DNA of 64,000 nucleotides from Leucoraja ocellata (lineage: Eukaryota): assembly GCA_036785375.1 (NCBI GenBank), contig JAWMAR010000053.1, positions 4,340,001 through 4,404,000 on the forward strand. Direction: 5' to 3'. This document shows positions 26,170 to 39,480 of this stretch, piece by piece. The position numbers and the translations under genes are program-made. Under the pieces are notes generated by a model that saw only the letters and a list, made by a program, of their open reading frames with translations, had not been told where the DNA came from and ran no database searches. Numbering within the stretch: position 1 is the first letter of the stretch; the number at the start of each line of letters is the position of its first letter.

Positions 26170-27460
26170 GTAAGTTCGAAATACAAACTTCAGCTTTACG
26201 TCTCTTTGTTTTTCTCTTCTTTACCACAAAGTGGTGACTTTTGCTAAAATTCGTTTCCAAAGGAATGTTTTCACTTACCTGAATTGATATGATTGATTGA
26301 ATTGAATTCCTTTATTGTCATTCAGACCTTACGGTCTGAACGAAATTTCGTGCCTGCAGTCATACATACAATAATACAATAATAAACAACAATAAACACA
26401 AATTAACATCCACCACAGTGAGTCCTCCAAACACCTCCTCACTGTGGTGGAGGCAAAAATCTTAGGGCTGCAGTCTCTTCCCTCTTCTTCTCCCTCTGCG
26501 CTGAGGCGATTCCCCACCGGGCGATGGTACAAACAGTCCCGCAGCTCACCGAACCCCGCGAACGGGCCGGTACGTGCCAGACCATTTTAGCTAACACAAC
26601 TGAGCTTCACCTGTGCTGACACATTATCTATACAAATCCAGGGACAGTTTCCTCCCAGCTCTTACCAGGCAACTGAACCATCCTATCAACAACTAGTTGC
26701 TAGTACTTTCTACCTCATTGGAGACCCTTGGCTATCTTTATTCAGACTTTACTGGACTTTATCTTGCACTAACATTAATCCTTTAACATGTATCTATACA
26801 CTGTGGATGGCTCGATTGTAATCATGTATAGTCTTTCTGCTGATTGGTAGGTACGCAACAAACGTTTTTCACTTTTCACTGTACCTCGATACATGTGACA
26901 ATAAACTAAACTGCAATGACATAGACCAACAGAGGTCACAGGTTAGTAATTAAGAGTTGAAATGCTGATTTTTTTTTTCATTCTCAAACTGGTAGATAAT
27001 TGTAGCTCCACAAATTAGTCTCCAAAATGATCATAAACTAGGTTGGCATGGCCGGGTTGGCCTGAAGTTTCCGTGCTTTATGACTGATTTTATGACTACA
27101 TTGTAATTAATGCCAGGTAATTCCAAACAAACAGTACTTTTACTCTACAAGTTTTACAAAGACTTTGGTATTCTGAAAAATGCAAGGAATCATGGGATTT
27201 GTCAAAGGTCAAAGCGCTGGCTGCATTTAATTTGAGGACCCAGGGTGCCAAGTAACGGGAGATTGAGAGAGAGGGGGCAGATGCGAGTGGGAGAGACTGG
27301 ACCGGCGGAGAGACATTCTCGACAGCTGCGCGCGCACAGGCCCGCACCTCATCCGCAGCCAGGATCGAACCCGGGTACCCGGCGCCTCAAGCGCTGCCGA
27401 AACGCCACTGGACCGTCTTCGGAGGAGGATAGGGGGAGACGGAGACGTCCGGACCGACGA

Positions 27461-27660
27461 GACACCGGCCTGGAGCAGCGGCGATCCCAGGCCCACAGCC
27501 AGCGCGGAGAAGAAGCGCCCGACCCCAGCTCAATTCCGCCTGCCCTGCCGGGCCAACTGACAACCCCGTACCGACAGGACACTGGCCCGGAGCAGCGGTG
27601 GCCCCAGTCCCAAAGCCAGCGCAGAGAAGGAGTGCCAACTCCAGCCCAAGCCCGCTCCAA
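27461..27660. repeat. two-copy direct repeat, period about 117 nt, inside a GC-rich island
   Basis: gacaccggcctggagcagcggcgatcccaggcccacagccagcgcggagaag (27461) versus gacactggcccggagcagcggtggccccagtcccaaagccagcgcagagaag (27578). Confidence 0.8.
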
Positions 27661-27792
27661 CTCTCGAGGAACACGCCCCCCGACGGGCCAGGGGCCGCCA
27701 GTCGCACCCCCCCCCCCCCCCCCCCGCCCCACCCAGCGGCCACCGACCAACCCCCCTGAGCTGGTGAAAGCCGAGCACCAGCCATCAACGGG

Positions 27793-27925
27793 GACACACA
27801 CAATATGCTACGGCAACTCAGCGGGTCAGGCAGCATCCCCAGAGAAAAGGACGTTTCGGGTCGAGACCCTTCTCCAGAGATGTTGCCTGACCCGCCGAGC
27901 CACCGCAGCACCCCGTGTGTATCCC
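27793..27925. mobile_element. inverted (fold-back) Penelope pseudo-LTR-derived repeat with many T>C changes
   Basis: Left arm actcagcgggtcaggcagcatc, central gtttcgggtcgagacccttct, right arm gatgttgcctgacccgccgag. Confidence 0.7.
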
Positions 27926-28171
27926 CGCCGATAACTGGCGCTCAGCACCCGCCGACACCGAAGGGGCCAACCGACAGCCACTGGACAAGGAGACAGGCAC
28001 AGCTGATGGTCTCCGGCCCGCCGGGGAACAGGACCCCCAGGAGTCGGAGCAGAGCCGAGTCAGAGCCAGCGTCCCCCTCCATGCCGGCTGCAAGCCCAGA
28101 GCTGCCACCGCTCTGGGCTGACGCTCAGCCAGTCCAGGGCTGACGGCTAATCCAACCGTACAGGCAGAGCC

Positions 28172-28707
28172 GAGATAGAAACATAGAAAATAGGCGCAGG
28201 AGTAGGCCATTCGGCCCTTCGAGCCTGATCATGGCTGATCATCCAACTCAGTATCCCATCCCTGCCTTCTCTCCATACCCCCTGATCCCTTTAGCCACAA
28301 GGGCCACATCTAACTCCCTCTTAAATATAGCCAATGAACTGGCCTCAACTACCTTCTGTGGCAGAGAATTCCACAGATTCACCACTCTCTGTGTAAAAAA
28401 TGATTTTTTCATCTCGGTCCTAAAAGACTTCCCTCTTATCCTTAAACTGTGACCCCTAGTTCTGGACTTCCCCAACATCAGGAATAATCTTCCTGCATCT
28501 AGCCTGTCCAACCCCTTAAGAATTTTGTAAGTTTCTATAAGATCCCCCCTCAATCTTCTAAATTCTAGCGTGTACAAGTCGAGTATATCCAGTCTTTCTT
28601 CATATGAAAGTCCTGACATCCCAGGAATTAGTCTGGTGAACCTTCTCTGTACTCCCTCTATGGCAAGAATGTCTTTCCTCAGATTAGGAGACCAAAACTG
28701 TACGCAA
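28172..28707 (-). mobile_element. young CR1 3' end
   Basis: Minus-strand CVQFWSPNLRKDILAIEGVQRRFTRLIPG...GYGEKAG, with the tail reading catagaaa on the plus strand. Confidence 0.93.
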
Positions 28708-29029
28708 TGATGGAGCCAGCGCTTCCCCCCCCCCGCACCGGCTGCAAGTCCGGGTCGCCAACCCCCCAGGCCGGCGCCATGCCAGTCCAGGGCCACCCCG
28801 GACACCTCCGGCCGCCCCTGGACAGGGACGGGAAACTCGGGTGGGGATGGGACGGCTCTGTAGCAACTCAACAGCACCCGCAGCCTGCAAACTCGCAACA
28901 GCACAGCTGCCGAGAATGTTTATCACGAGTGACCTATGACCTGGGCATGCACAGTCGAAATGCCGAACTCGCTTATTTCTCCATCTACACTGCACCTGCG
29001 CCCAGGATAAGGTTTTCATACTAGATGAT

Positions 29030-29690
29030 CGGCGATGTCCTCATTCTTTAGAAAAAGGGGGCTTCCCTTTTCCATTGTAGATGAGGCTCTCACTAGGGTC
29101 TCCTTGATATCCCACAGCTCCGCTCTTGCTCCCCCTCCCGCCATTCGCAACAAGGACAGTCCCCCTTGTCCTCACCTTCCACCCCATCAGCCGTTGCATA
29201 CAGCATATAATCCTCCAACACTTTCGCCACCTCCAACGGGATCCCACTACTGGCCATATCTTCCCATCTCCTCCCCTTTCTGGTTTCCGCAGAGACCATT
29301 CCCTCCACAACTCCCTGGTCAACTTGTCTCTTCCCACCCAAACCACCCCCTCCCCAGGTACATTCCCCTACAACCGAAGGAGATGCAACACCTCTCCCTT
29401 TACCTCCCCCCTCGACTCCATCCAAGGACCCCAACAGTCTTTTCAGATAAGGCAGAGGTTCATTTGCACCTCCTCCACCTCATCTACTGTATCCGCTGTT
29501 CCATGTGTCAACTTCTGTACATCGGCGAGACCAAGCGCAGGCTCGGCAATCGTTTCGTCGAGCACCTCCGTTCAGTCCGCCTTAACCTACCTGATCTCCC
29601 ATTTGCTCAGCACTTTAACTCCCCCTCCTATTCCCAATCTGACTTTTCTGTCCTGGTCCTCCTTCATTGCCAGAGTGAGGCCTAGCGCAA
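29030..29690 (+). mobile_element. Penelope-like element fragment (linker and GIY-YIG endonuclease), frameshifted
   Basis: PLVLTFHP...HFRHLQRDPTT...; LIYCIRCSMCQLLYIGETKRRLGNRFVEH is a GIY-YIG motif. Confidence 0.9.
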
Positions 29691-29775
29691 ATCTGTTTGT
29701 GTACAATTAGCATGTGGCCTAAGTAGTAACAGAACAATTACCGCCTATTGAGGTACTACATTTTAATTTCATGGA

Positions 29776-30332
29776 GACACAAGAGATTACTGATGCTGGA
29801 ATCTTGAACAAAAAATCAAACTGCTCAAGGAACTCAGTGGGTCAAGCAGCATCTATGAAGGGAAAAGGATCGACAACATTTTGGGTCATGCCCCTTCTTC
29901 AAACTGATGGAACTGATGGGAGATAGCTGGTGGAAAGAGGTGAGGGGAAGGGGGTGAGGCCAGAGCCGACAAGTGACAGGTGGATCTAACTGAGAAGAGT
30001 TTGATTGGCAGATGAGTCAGGTGGAGATAAAAAGTGTAGAGATAGTAACCAAACCGAGAGAGTGCAAATTGTGCAATCTGAACAGAAAGGAAAATGAGGA
30101 GTGCAAGTAAAACGGAGGAATGGATAGTAGGTATAAGGGAATGGGAGGTGGGGGGAAAATGTGGGAGGCCCAGTGTACAGAGGGATGGCAGATGAGTGGA
30201 TGATGGAGGAGAAAGGAACTGGGTGATGAAAGAGGGGCGGTGGGGGTGTTTGAATGGGGGTGGAGGTGGAGAGAAACTGGGTCAGTGAGATGGGACAGAG
30301 GTTACCCAAAATTGGAGAATTTGGTGTTCATG
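29776..30332 (-). mobile_element. degraded Penelope 3' end / pseudo-LTR, reverse orientation
   Basis: Reverse complement resembles 40260-40500: catgaac...ttctccaatttt, a pyrimidine-rich tail, and a decayed hammerhead arm. Confidence 0.65.
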
Positions 30333-30334
30333 AA

Positions 30335-31096
30335 AAAGTGGTTTAGTTTGTAGTTGTAGATGCAGCATTACCATGTCTCCTCCATCTCCCACAGTTCTGC
30401 TCTAGCAACACTTCCTTGGACAGAACAGATATAGAGTTTCTTTAACTTTGAACCCCACCAGAATCCAATACAGCATTAACTGACATTTCTGCCAGTTTCA
30501 GCGGCAAATGCCATAACCAGCCACATCTTCCTGTTTACACCTCTTTCTGCTTTCCATCAAGAACACTTTCTTCATGACTCTATTGCTCACTCATCCTTCC
30601 CCCAACCATCCTGCTCCCCTAGCAACTTACCCCAGTAACTGCAGGTGGTGCAGCACCTGTCCCTACACCTCCTCCCTCAATTCCCATTCCAAGATTTCAA
30701 CTGACCTTCCAGGTGAGACTGAAGTTTATATGCATCCTCCTCCAACTTCATTTTTGCATTTGCTGCTCTCGATTGTGACTTCCTCGGCATCAGTGAGGCT
30801 AAGTGTAAATTAGTTGACTGCTTTGCGCAATGTTTGCGCTCTGTCTACAAGGGCCTGCTGGATTTCCTTGATGTTAGCCATTTTAATTCTCCTTCTCATT
30901 CCCATATCGACCTGTCTTTCCTTGGCCTCCTCCACTGCCTACGTGCAAACTGGAAGAAGAGCCCCTCACATTTCCACTTGGGAGAACATAGATCTCAGTC
31001 TGAAGAAGGTTAACGACCCGAAACAACACCTATCTATGTTCATCTACAAAGGTGCTGCCTGACCCACTGAGTAAATCCAGCACTTTGTGTCTTTTC
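30335..31096 (+). mobile_element. degraded Penelope fragment ending in a hammerhead-type pseudo-LTR arm
   Basis: Decayed copy of the C..C/GIY-YIG region; ctgaaga-aggttaacgaccc-gaaac at 31000-31024 with the cleavage triplet mutated to AAC. Confidence 0.7.
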
Positions 31097-31319
31097 TCTA
31101 GTTCAGATGGAGCCTAAATCCTTAACCTATCGAAGTATCACAAAGCAATGCAACTTAAAACTCTTGGTAAAAGTTTATTGAAACCAAGTAACGCTACTGT
31201 TAAGTAGGCATAAGATAAGATATTAGAAGGAAAAATAAATGACGTTGGATTCTAATAAATGTAATAAAATGACTTTAATTGCTGCAGCATTTCTATGCTA
31301 ATGCTCTAACACAGGAAAT

Positions 31320-31412
31320 AGACACAAAATTCTGGAGTAACTTAGGAGGACAGGCAGCATCTGCGGGGAGAAGGTATAGGTGATGTTTTGCGTTAGGACC
31401 ATTCTTCAGACT
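31320..31412 (-). mobile_element. Penelope pseudo-LTR-derived short repeat, degenerate hammerhead
   Basis: agacacaaaattctggagtaac...ttcttcagact; the reverse complement starts agtctgaagaa. Confidence 0.65.
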
Positions 31413-32314
31413 AACATAGGAACATGACTCTTAAATTTAACTCTTGACTCCTTTCAATTTATTCAGGTTTGCCTCAAACCATCTCCCTGCCCTCAACCTT
31501 TTATAATACAAAATAAATTTGCCCCTGACTACTATTGACAAAAGCCTGTCTCTTCAAAGCCCAATCTATTCTTTATATCCTTGCACCTTAATCCAATTAA
31601 TTGTGTTAGTTCTGTGTTGTTAATTTCAATAACAAGGTTACTTTGATGTGAAATAACTTTAAGTTTACCAACACTTCAAGAATTACTTTTTTACTCCATG
31701 GAAGTTCCACATTTGATCAGACAGTAGAGTTTTTGTAGAGAAAAGAGGATAATGTTAATGGTATCCTTAAGTTGATCTTGAAAATGACGTCTGGTAGTTA
31801 CCTTAGCATACAGCTTTCTTTTTAAATCTGCCTTAAATATAATTGTTAGTCAATGTTTGGTTCATTAGGAGTTAATGCATTATTACTGAAGGCATCTGCC
31901 TAAGAAATCAACCTCGAGGTAACTGTTTAGACTTTTTATGGCATTAGCCACTTCTAACCATCTTCTCACAATCTTGCCTAGAAGAATCTTTTCATTAGGT
32001 GTTGTCACTTATTTTTCCATTGTTGTTTCATAATCATTGCTGCATATTGCAAACAAGGGTCATTTGGACAATGACAAGTGAAGTAAATCTAATCTACAGA
32101 TTTGGAGCATAGAACATTGAAAAGCACAGTACAGGAGCAGGCTCACAATGTTTGTGCTGAACATGATGCCAAGATAAGCTAATCCCATCTAGCAGCCCAT
32201 GATCATATCTCTCCCTTCAGTGCTCTTCAAGAGCACTGACAGCATCTACTTCTTGATCTCAAACTGCTCTTGCATATTAGTACTCTTCACACTAATATCA
32301 ATTAACTCCATGTC

Positions 32315-32556
32315 ATAGAAACATAGAAACATAGAAATTAGGTGCAGGAGTAGGCCATTCGGCCCTTCGAGCCTGCACCGCCATTCAATATGATCATGGC
32401 TGATCATCCAACTCAGTATCCCGTACCTGCCTTCTCTCCATACCCCCTGATCCCCTTAGCCACAAGGGCCACATCTAACTCCCTCTTAAATATAGCCAAT
32501 GAACTGGCCTCAACTACCCTCTGTGGCAGAGAGTTCCAGAGATTCACCACTCTCAC
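32315..32556 (-). mobile_element. young CR1 3' end
   Basis: (catagaaa)n tail and near-identity to the reverse complement of 23770-24013. Confidence 0.92.
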
Positions 32557-34150
32557 TCATGTCCTTCGCCTTGGCGCATACAGATGCAGAGTACTTAGTA
32601 CCTTGCCTAGATCCTCTGACACCAAGCATAAATTTCCTCCTTTATCCTTGAGTGGTCCCATTTTCTTCCTGGTTACCCACATGTTTTTAATGTACATATA
32701 AAAACCTGGGGACATTTGGCTCTTCTAATTGCCCATTTAAATTCTTTCCTGCTTACTTTATATTCAACAAGCTTAATTTCACCTTTCTAAATCATACACA
32801 TGTTCCTTTTTCTAATTGATCAATTTTGGTAGGTTTGGTTATCCAAGGGTCCCCTACATTGCATCTTATCCTTGTTCCTTATCCTTCTTCCTTACTCGAT
32901 CATGCTGTCCTGAAGTTGGCCTTTAAACTGCTCCCACATGTCAGAAGTGGACTTGCCCAATAACAACTGCTCCCAATTTACTCACTCCAACTACTGCCTA
33001 ATTATGCTGTAATTCCCTAATTTTGTATCCTCCTAAAAGATTCAGACTCATCCTTATTTATAACTATCTTAAAACTTATGGAGTTATGATCTCCGTTTCC
33101 AGAATACTCCTCCACAGAAACATCAGTAACCTGGGTCTTTCCCCAGTACAAGGTCCAGTAGGGTCTCTTCTTGAATTGGACTTTCCACATCCTGTTTCAT
33201 GAACCCATCTTCTGCAAATTCTGCCACTTCTAAGCCTTTCGATCAAGTGAGACCCAGTTAACATTGGAGAAGTTAAAGTCTCCTTCCGGGACAATCCTGT
33301 TGCTTTTGCATTTTTCTATAATCTATCTACATATATTTGTTCCTCTATCTCCTGTTGGCTATATGGAGGTCTATAGTACAGAGTGACTGCACCTTCCTTA
33401 TTTTTGAACTCTACCCATATTGCCTTAGTGGACAAAGCCTCCAGCATGTCCCCTCTAAGTGCCAGCGTGACTTCGCCCTGATTAACAGAGCAACTCCTCC
33501 ACCTCTTTTACCTCCCTATCACATTGGAACATCGATATCTGGAAATGTGGAGCTGCCTGTCCTATCCCTCTTGCAACCATGTCTCCATAAAGGCCAAAAT
33601 ATCATAGTTCCAAGCACTGATCCAGGGTCTAAATTCATCTGCTTTACTCACAATACTCCTCGCGTTGAAATAAGCACATCAGTCCATCAGTTTTACCATA
33701 TTCCTTAACCTCTCTATGCCTGTCCTTCCTTTAGTCTAACTTCTCAAACCTCTATCTTCCCACCAGTCCTTTCATTTGCTTACTCGTTCCCACACCTCTA
33801 CACTTTAGTTTAACCCCCCCCCAAAAAAAAAAAATTGGACCCCACCAGTTCAGGTGGAACTCGTCCCTCTTGCACAGGTCATCTGTGTCCCAATATCCAA
33901 AAACCTGAATCCCTGCCCTCAGCATCAACTGAACCACGCATTGATCTGTTCTGTCCCCCTATTTCTGCCATCACTAGCACATGGCAGTACTACCCTTGAG
34001 GTCCTACTTGTTAACCTTTTGCCTATCTCCCTATATTCACTCTGCAGGAACTTATCCTTTTCCTCCCAATGTCATTTGTGCCAATGTGCACAACATCTGG
34101 TTGCTCACCTTTCCCCTTGAGAATGTCCTGCAGCCACTCCAAGACATCCA
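32557..34150 (-). mobile_element. old CR1 5' region (ORF1 esterase and APE endonuclease relics)
   Basis: Minus-strand DLCKRDEFHLNW resembles the DGLHL motif of the CR1 ORF1 SGNH esterase; adjacent decayed endonuclease-like sequence. Confidence 0.6.
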
Positions 34151-34518
34151 GCAACCTTAATGTTACCTCTTGTTGTGTATTATTACTAGCATCGTCACAT
34201 CTATGATATACCCTGTGAGATCTATTTAATCATCTAAATTTAAACCTCCCCTCTGGTGAGATTTTGGTTGTATTATATTGTCAATTTTATTAAAGTTCAC
34301 TGCAGGCAGAAATGTATTCCTCCTCTGACGACTTTATGATGGCTTTGTTTTATTAACCAATTATCATTTATCATGCATGCAATATACTGAAATGCATCAG
34401 AATTAGCTTTTTGATTCTCCTTTCCAAATTGTTCTATCATACTTGCTATATCTAAAACCAAATGAATAAACCTTTTGCGAAATAGAGAGTTATTATAAGA
34501 TCTCCATGTAACTATTAA

Positions 34519-34736
34519 AGGGCCTGTCCCACTTGGCGTTTTTTTTCGGTGACATATCAGTGTCGCCAAAAGATTTCGAACATTTAAATCCAGCGGCGAC
34601 AAAAAAAATGTTGTGACACTTGAAAAAACACCGCGCCTCATACGTCATCACGCCGCATCACGCCGCAAATTTTTGGGTGACCTGATACGTCAGTCAATGA
34701 TGCCGGCAGTCGCCGAAAAAATCACCAAGTGGGACA
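34519..34736. mobile_element. MITE with terminal inverted repeats (PIF/Harbinger-like)
   Basis: agggcctgtcccacttggcgttttttttcggtgac ... gtcgccgaaaaaatcaccaagtgggaca; preceded by ttaa; right end clipped. Confidence 0.7.
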
Positions 34737-34951
34737 ATGCTACGATAAACTATTGCTTTGAATTCCACATATTTCCTGACAATTATTTGGTCACTTCTGT
34801 TGCAATTATCTATAAGACTTGTGTATCTCTTTTATATAATCCTAGTCGTTTTATTTTGCTAACCTTTAAAATAACTGAAATTGTCTGATAAAGTGCATCC
34901 TGATGTAGCATTTGATTATTAGGGTCAAATCCGAGCCATTTCTGGGTCTTA

Positions 34952-35880
34952 TATCTCCAAGTTTGCGGATGACACTAAGCTGGGGGGCAGTGTTAGCTGT
35001 GAGGATGATGCTAGGAGACTGCAAGGTGACTTGGATAGGCTGGGTGAGTGGGCAAATGCATGGCAGATGCAGTATAATGTGGATAAATGTGAGGTTATCC
35101 AATTTGGTGGCAAAAACAGGAAAGTAGACTATTATCTAAATGGTGGCCGATTAGGAAAAGGGGAGATGCAACGAGACCTGGGTGTCATGGTACACCAGTC
35201 ATTGAAAGTAGACATGCAGGTGCAGCAGTGAAGAAAGCAAATGGTATGTTAGCATTCAGAGCAAAAGGTTTTGAGTATAGAAGCAGGGAGGTTCTACTGC
35301 AGTTGTACAGGGTCTTGGTGAGACCAAACCTGGAGTACTGCGTACAGTTTTGGTCTCCAAATCTGAGGAAGGACATTCTTGCCATAGAGGGAGTACAGAG
35401 AAGGTTCACCAGACTGATTCCTGGGATGTCAGGACTTTCATATGAAGAAAGACTGGAAAGACTCGGCTTGTACTAGAATTTAGAAGATTGAGGGGGGATC
35501 TTATAGAAACTTACAAAATTCTTAAGGGGTTGGACAGGCTAGATGCAGGGAGATTGTTCCCGATGTTGGATAAGTCCAGGACAAGGGGGTCACAGTTTAA
35601 GGATAAAGGGGAAATCCTTTAGGACCGAGATGAGAAAATCTTTTTTCACACAGAGAGTGGTGGATCTCTGGAACTCACTGCCACAGAAGGTAGTTGAGGC
35701 CAGTTCATTGGCTATATTTAAGAGGGAGTTAGATGTGGCCCTTGTGGCTAAAGGGATCAGGGGGTATGGAGAGAAGGCAGGTACAGGATACTGAGTTGGA
35801 TGATCAGCCATGATCATATTGAATGGCGGTGCAGGCTCGAAGGGCCGAATGGCCTACTCCTGCACCTATTTTCTATGTTT
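34952..35880 (+). mobile_element. young CR1 3' portion (from the FADD motif to the tail)
   Basis: aagtttgcggatgacac (KFADD) through YCVQFWSP and FFTQRVV to the tttctatg tail. Confidence 0.94.
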
Positions 35881-37897
35881 GCTACTGGAATAAGAAAATA
35901 TTACTTGTGTTTGAAACATTTTCTTATCTTTATTCACAATTTATGTGTAAAAATATATTTAATCTGAGGCAGGCAGCGACTGTATCAGTGTGATGTAGGC
36001 TGATGCTTTACCTACAGGCGGTGTGAATGTACCGTTCAGGCAAAGATTATTCTTAGAGGAAAACTAAGTACAGGGTTGGCCCTGTGACAGAGCCGCCAAT
36101 CCTATATAAGACATTTAACTGCAAAATGCCTGCCCTTTAGCATTGGATAGATTGAGTGGAGGGTCTGTGCTGTTCCAAGTTTGCGGTGGTTGCGGTGCGT
36201 TTCCCCCAGCCATCTCGCCCGGTGCACGTTGACCAGCACAGTTCGCCAGCTCTTGTTAGCAGAGGCTCTTTGTGCAGGTGTTACCCAAAGAGATGTTCTG
36301 TGTTAGGTTCTGCACTCAGCGATCTCACGAGAGGGCTGTCAGATCAGATCAGCCCAGGTTGCAGGTGGCCGAAGGGTGGATTTTAATGTGCCGTTATTAA
36401 ACTGTTCCGTCTGTGTGGCATCGCCAGCTCTCCCTCTCCCAGGTCCCCCATCCCAACTGACGACAAAGTCTGACTGAGAAAATGCACACACTCTTATTAC
36501 GGGTTGGCTCTGTGTTTTCCCACTCGCTGGGGCGGGTGGCGCCTACTTCAAAGAGAGCGAGAACAGGGGAGCTGCGACCCACTCCTGAGTGAAGCCTCTA
36601 GTTTGGCTGCGGTTCAAATGGCTGCAAATTCTCATATTTATCACCGCCCGCTCACCCGGACCCAGCTCCCAACTGTGTGCCCTAATAGACTGGAACCAAC
36701 CCCAGAGGTTAAAGCGACAGCATCTCTATTTAAGACAACCTACCTTGAAACTTTAACCAGCCTGTTCGAATCCAATCTGAACTTTCCAACCTACCCCCAC
36801 ACAGCATATTCTCCTTGTTTCCTTCAATCCGGGAAAGTTGTTTAGATAGGAATGTAATGACTGTCTCAAATTGGTTGACCGCACAACTTCTAATTCATGT
36901 AAATCAATATCGAATTTGAATGGGTGTGACAGGTTAATACCAGGGATTTGATAATTGACAGGTTCGTTCCAGGCATTCGTGCGTTTTCAAGGCTGGTGCT
37001 CTCTTGAGTCAATAATTTAAATAGATACAATTGTGGATTTGTGTAACCTGCAGTACGCTGTGGCCTACTGCTGACATATTTGATGGATATATTTATTTAT
37101 AGATCTCATTGAAATGAATACGCAGGTCCGTACACACACGGTAGCTCAGCTGCTGAGAATGTTTATCCCGAATAACCCTTGACCTGGGAATGCGCAGTTG
37201 TAATACCAAACTCGCTTATTGATGGCATTTCAATTTCATAGTTCATAACACTAGTTAAATTAAAACAGGTTTTTAAAACTAAATTTGTTTTTAGAATGGT
37301 CACTAGCCCACAGCTAATTTTGTTTCTTTCGTGTTGATTCAAAATAAAAATGCCAATATCTTTCCATTTTTTTACAAGCATACAGTGTACGTAAAGTTTT
37401 GTCAGAGACGTGCAGCGTGAGAATGTTTTGTCTTCAATTTTTGATTTATTTTCACTTTTTTTGGGCTAACATTATGAAAGTTGTACATATATTATACTAA
37501 AGGTCCAAAAAAATATGTTATTCATGAGGCTTGGAAGTCCAGACTATATTTTCAGTGGGATACATTCACATTAAGCTAAACAATGTTTGGGATCACTTCA
37601 AATTGTTCCTGTTCTGGATCGCAAACTGACAATACAGAAATTATCGTTTTTAATATATTGGAATCTTTCATCAAGAATCTTATATCACGATTTTAACATA
37701 ATTTGCAGCAGTAACTAGAGTTGCTCATGATCCTCATGGAATTTGTGTCAATCTTTCCAGTATCCATTTAGATCAAAACAAGAAGTTAAACAAAAGGAAA
37801 CAAAGTAGCAATTAAAAAAACAGAAGCGCTTTTACTGAAACAGAAAAATCAAAACGTAATCCAGGCTGTTTTCTGTAGGAAACAAAATAACTGAAGA

Positions 37898-38558
37898 ATA
37901 GACAATAGACAATAAACAATAGGTGCAGGAGTAGGCCATTCGAGCCAGCACCACCATTCAATGTGATCATGGCTGATCATCCCCAATTAGTACCCCGATC
38001 TTGCCTTCTCCCCATATCTCCCGACTCCGCTATCTTTAAGAGCCTTATCTAGCTGTCTCTTGAAAGTATCCAGAGAACCGGCCTCCCACCGCCCTCTGAG
38101 GCAGAGAATTCCACAGACCCACATCTCTCTGTGAGGAAAAAGTGTTTCCTTGTCTCCGTTCTAAATGGCTTACCCCTTATTCTTAAACTGTGGCCCCTGG
38201 TTCTGGCTCCCCCAACATTGGGAACATGCTTCCTGCCTCTAGCGTTTCCAAACCTTAATAATCTTATATGTTTCAGTAAGATATCCTCTCATCCTTCTAA
38301 ACTCCAGAGTATACAAGCCCAGCTACTCCATTCTCTCAACATATGACATATCACGCCATCCCGGGAATTAACCTTATAAACCTACGATGCACTCCCTCAA
38401 TGGCAAGAATGTCCTTCCTCAAATTAGGGGACCAAAACTGTACACAATACTCCAGGTGTGGTCTGACTAGAGCCCTATACAACTGCAGAAGGACCTCTTT
38501 GCTCCTATACTCAACTCCTCTTGTTATAAAGGCCAACATGCCATTAGCTTTCTTCACT
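37898..38558 (-). mobile_element. CR1 3' end, subfamily with (ATTGTCT)n tail
   Basis: Minus-strand VKKANGMLAFITRGVEYRSKEVLLQLYRALVRPHLEYCVQFWSP; tail aatagacaatagacaata on the plus strand. Confidence 0.92.
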
Positions 38559-38774
38559 ATAAACTTAATCTCCACAATGAAATAATACTTTAATGCTCGT
38601 AGTAAAGCGTAAAGAAAAATAATAAAAGTAGTAAGAGCCTCAATCGACTTATATTCTCAATTCCACAGCAATCCAATGAAAGTCACCTCGTCTACACTTC
38701 TTTCAGCCTGTCTCTTGCAAGGACACCAATCCTTATTCCTAATATCTGTCCAAGTTGCATTCTAGAAAATCCAA

Positions 38775-39480
38775 GAAGTCCTCCTTCTTCAGTGAATGTG
38801 GTTTCCTCTTTGCTGCTGTGGATGGAGCCCTCAGCCATGTCTATCTGTGTCTTGCAGTTCTGCTATTGTTCCCCCTTCCCCATGTTGGAACAAGGATAAA
38901 GTTCCCCTTGTCCGCACCTTTCACACTACAGACTCTGCATCCAATACATAATTCTCTGAAGTTTTTGCCACCTTCATAGTGATCCCACTACCGTTCACAT
39001 CTTTCCATCCCCAACCATTTTTGCTTTCCCAACAGAACATTCCCTCTGCAACTCCTCGGTTCACTCATCCCTCCCCACCTAACCTGCTCCTTTCCCAGGT
39101 ACTTTCCTCTGCAACTGCCGGCGATGTAACACCTGTCCCTACACCTCTCTCACATCCTTCCAGGGTGCCCAGCAGCCCTTTCAGGTGACACAGAGGTTCA
39201 CGCGCACCTTTTCAAACTTTGTCTACTTCACTCTGTGCTCCCAACGTGGCCTATTCATTGGCGAGACCAATCAAATACTAGGCGACCGTTTCGCTGAATG
39301 CTTGCACTCTGTCCACCAAGGCTTGCTGGATCACCCAGTTGCTAACCATTTTAACTTCCCATTCCCATACTGAACTTTCTGTCGTTAGCATTAGGCCACT
39401 TGAGGAACAGCTCCTCGTGTTCTGTTTCGGTAGCTTACAACCCAACAGTATGAGCATTGAATCCTTCAATTTCAAGTAAT
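38775..39480 (+). mobile_element. degraded Penelope-like fragment
   Basis: QRFTRTFSNFVYFTLCSQRGLFIGETNQILGDRFAE is a decayed GIY-YIG motif. Confidence 0.75.

Noticed and set aside
27096-28210. Many overlapping Pro/Arg/Gly-rich ORFs on both strands
   Set aside because: They result from the GC-rich, T-depleted composition (few stop codons); no domain or splice support.
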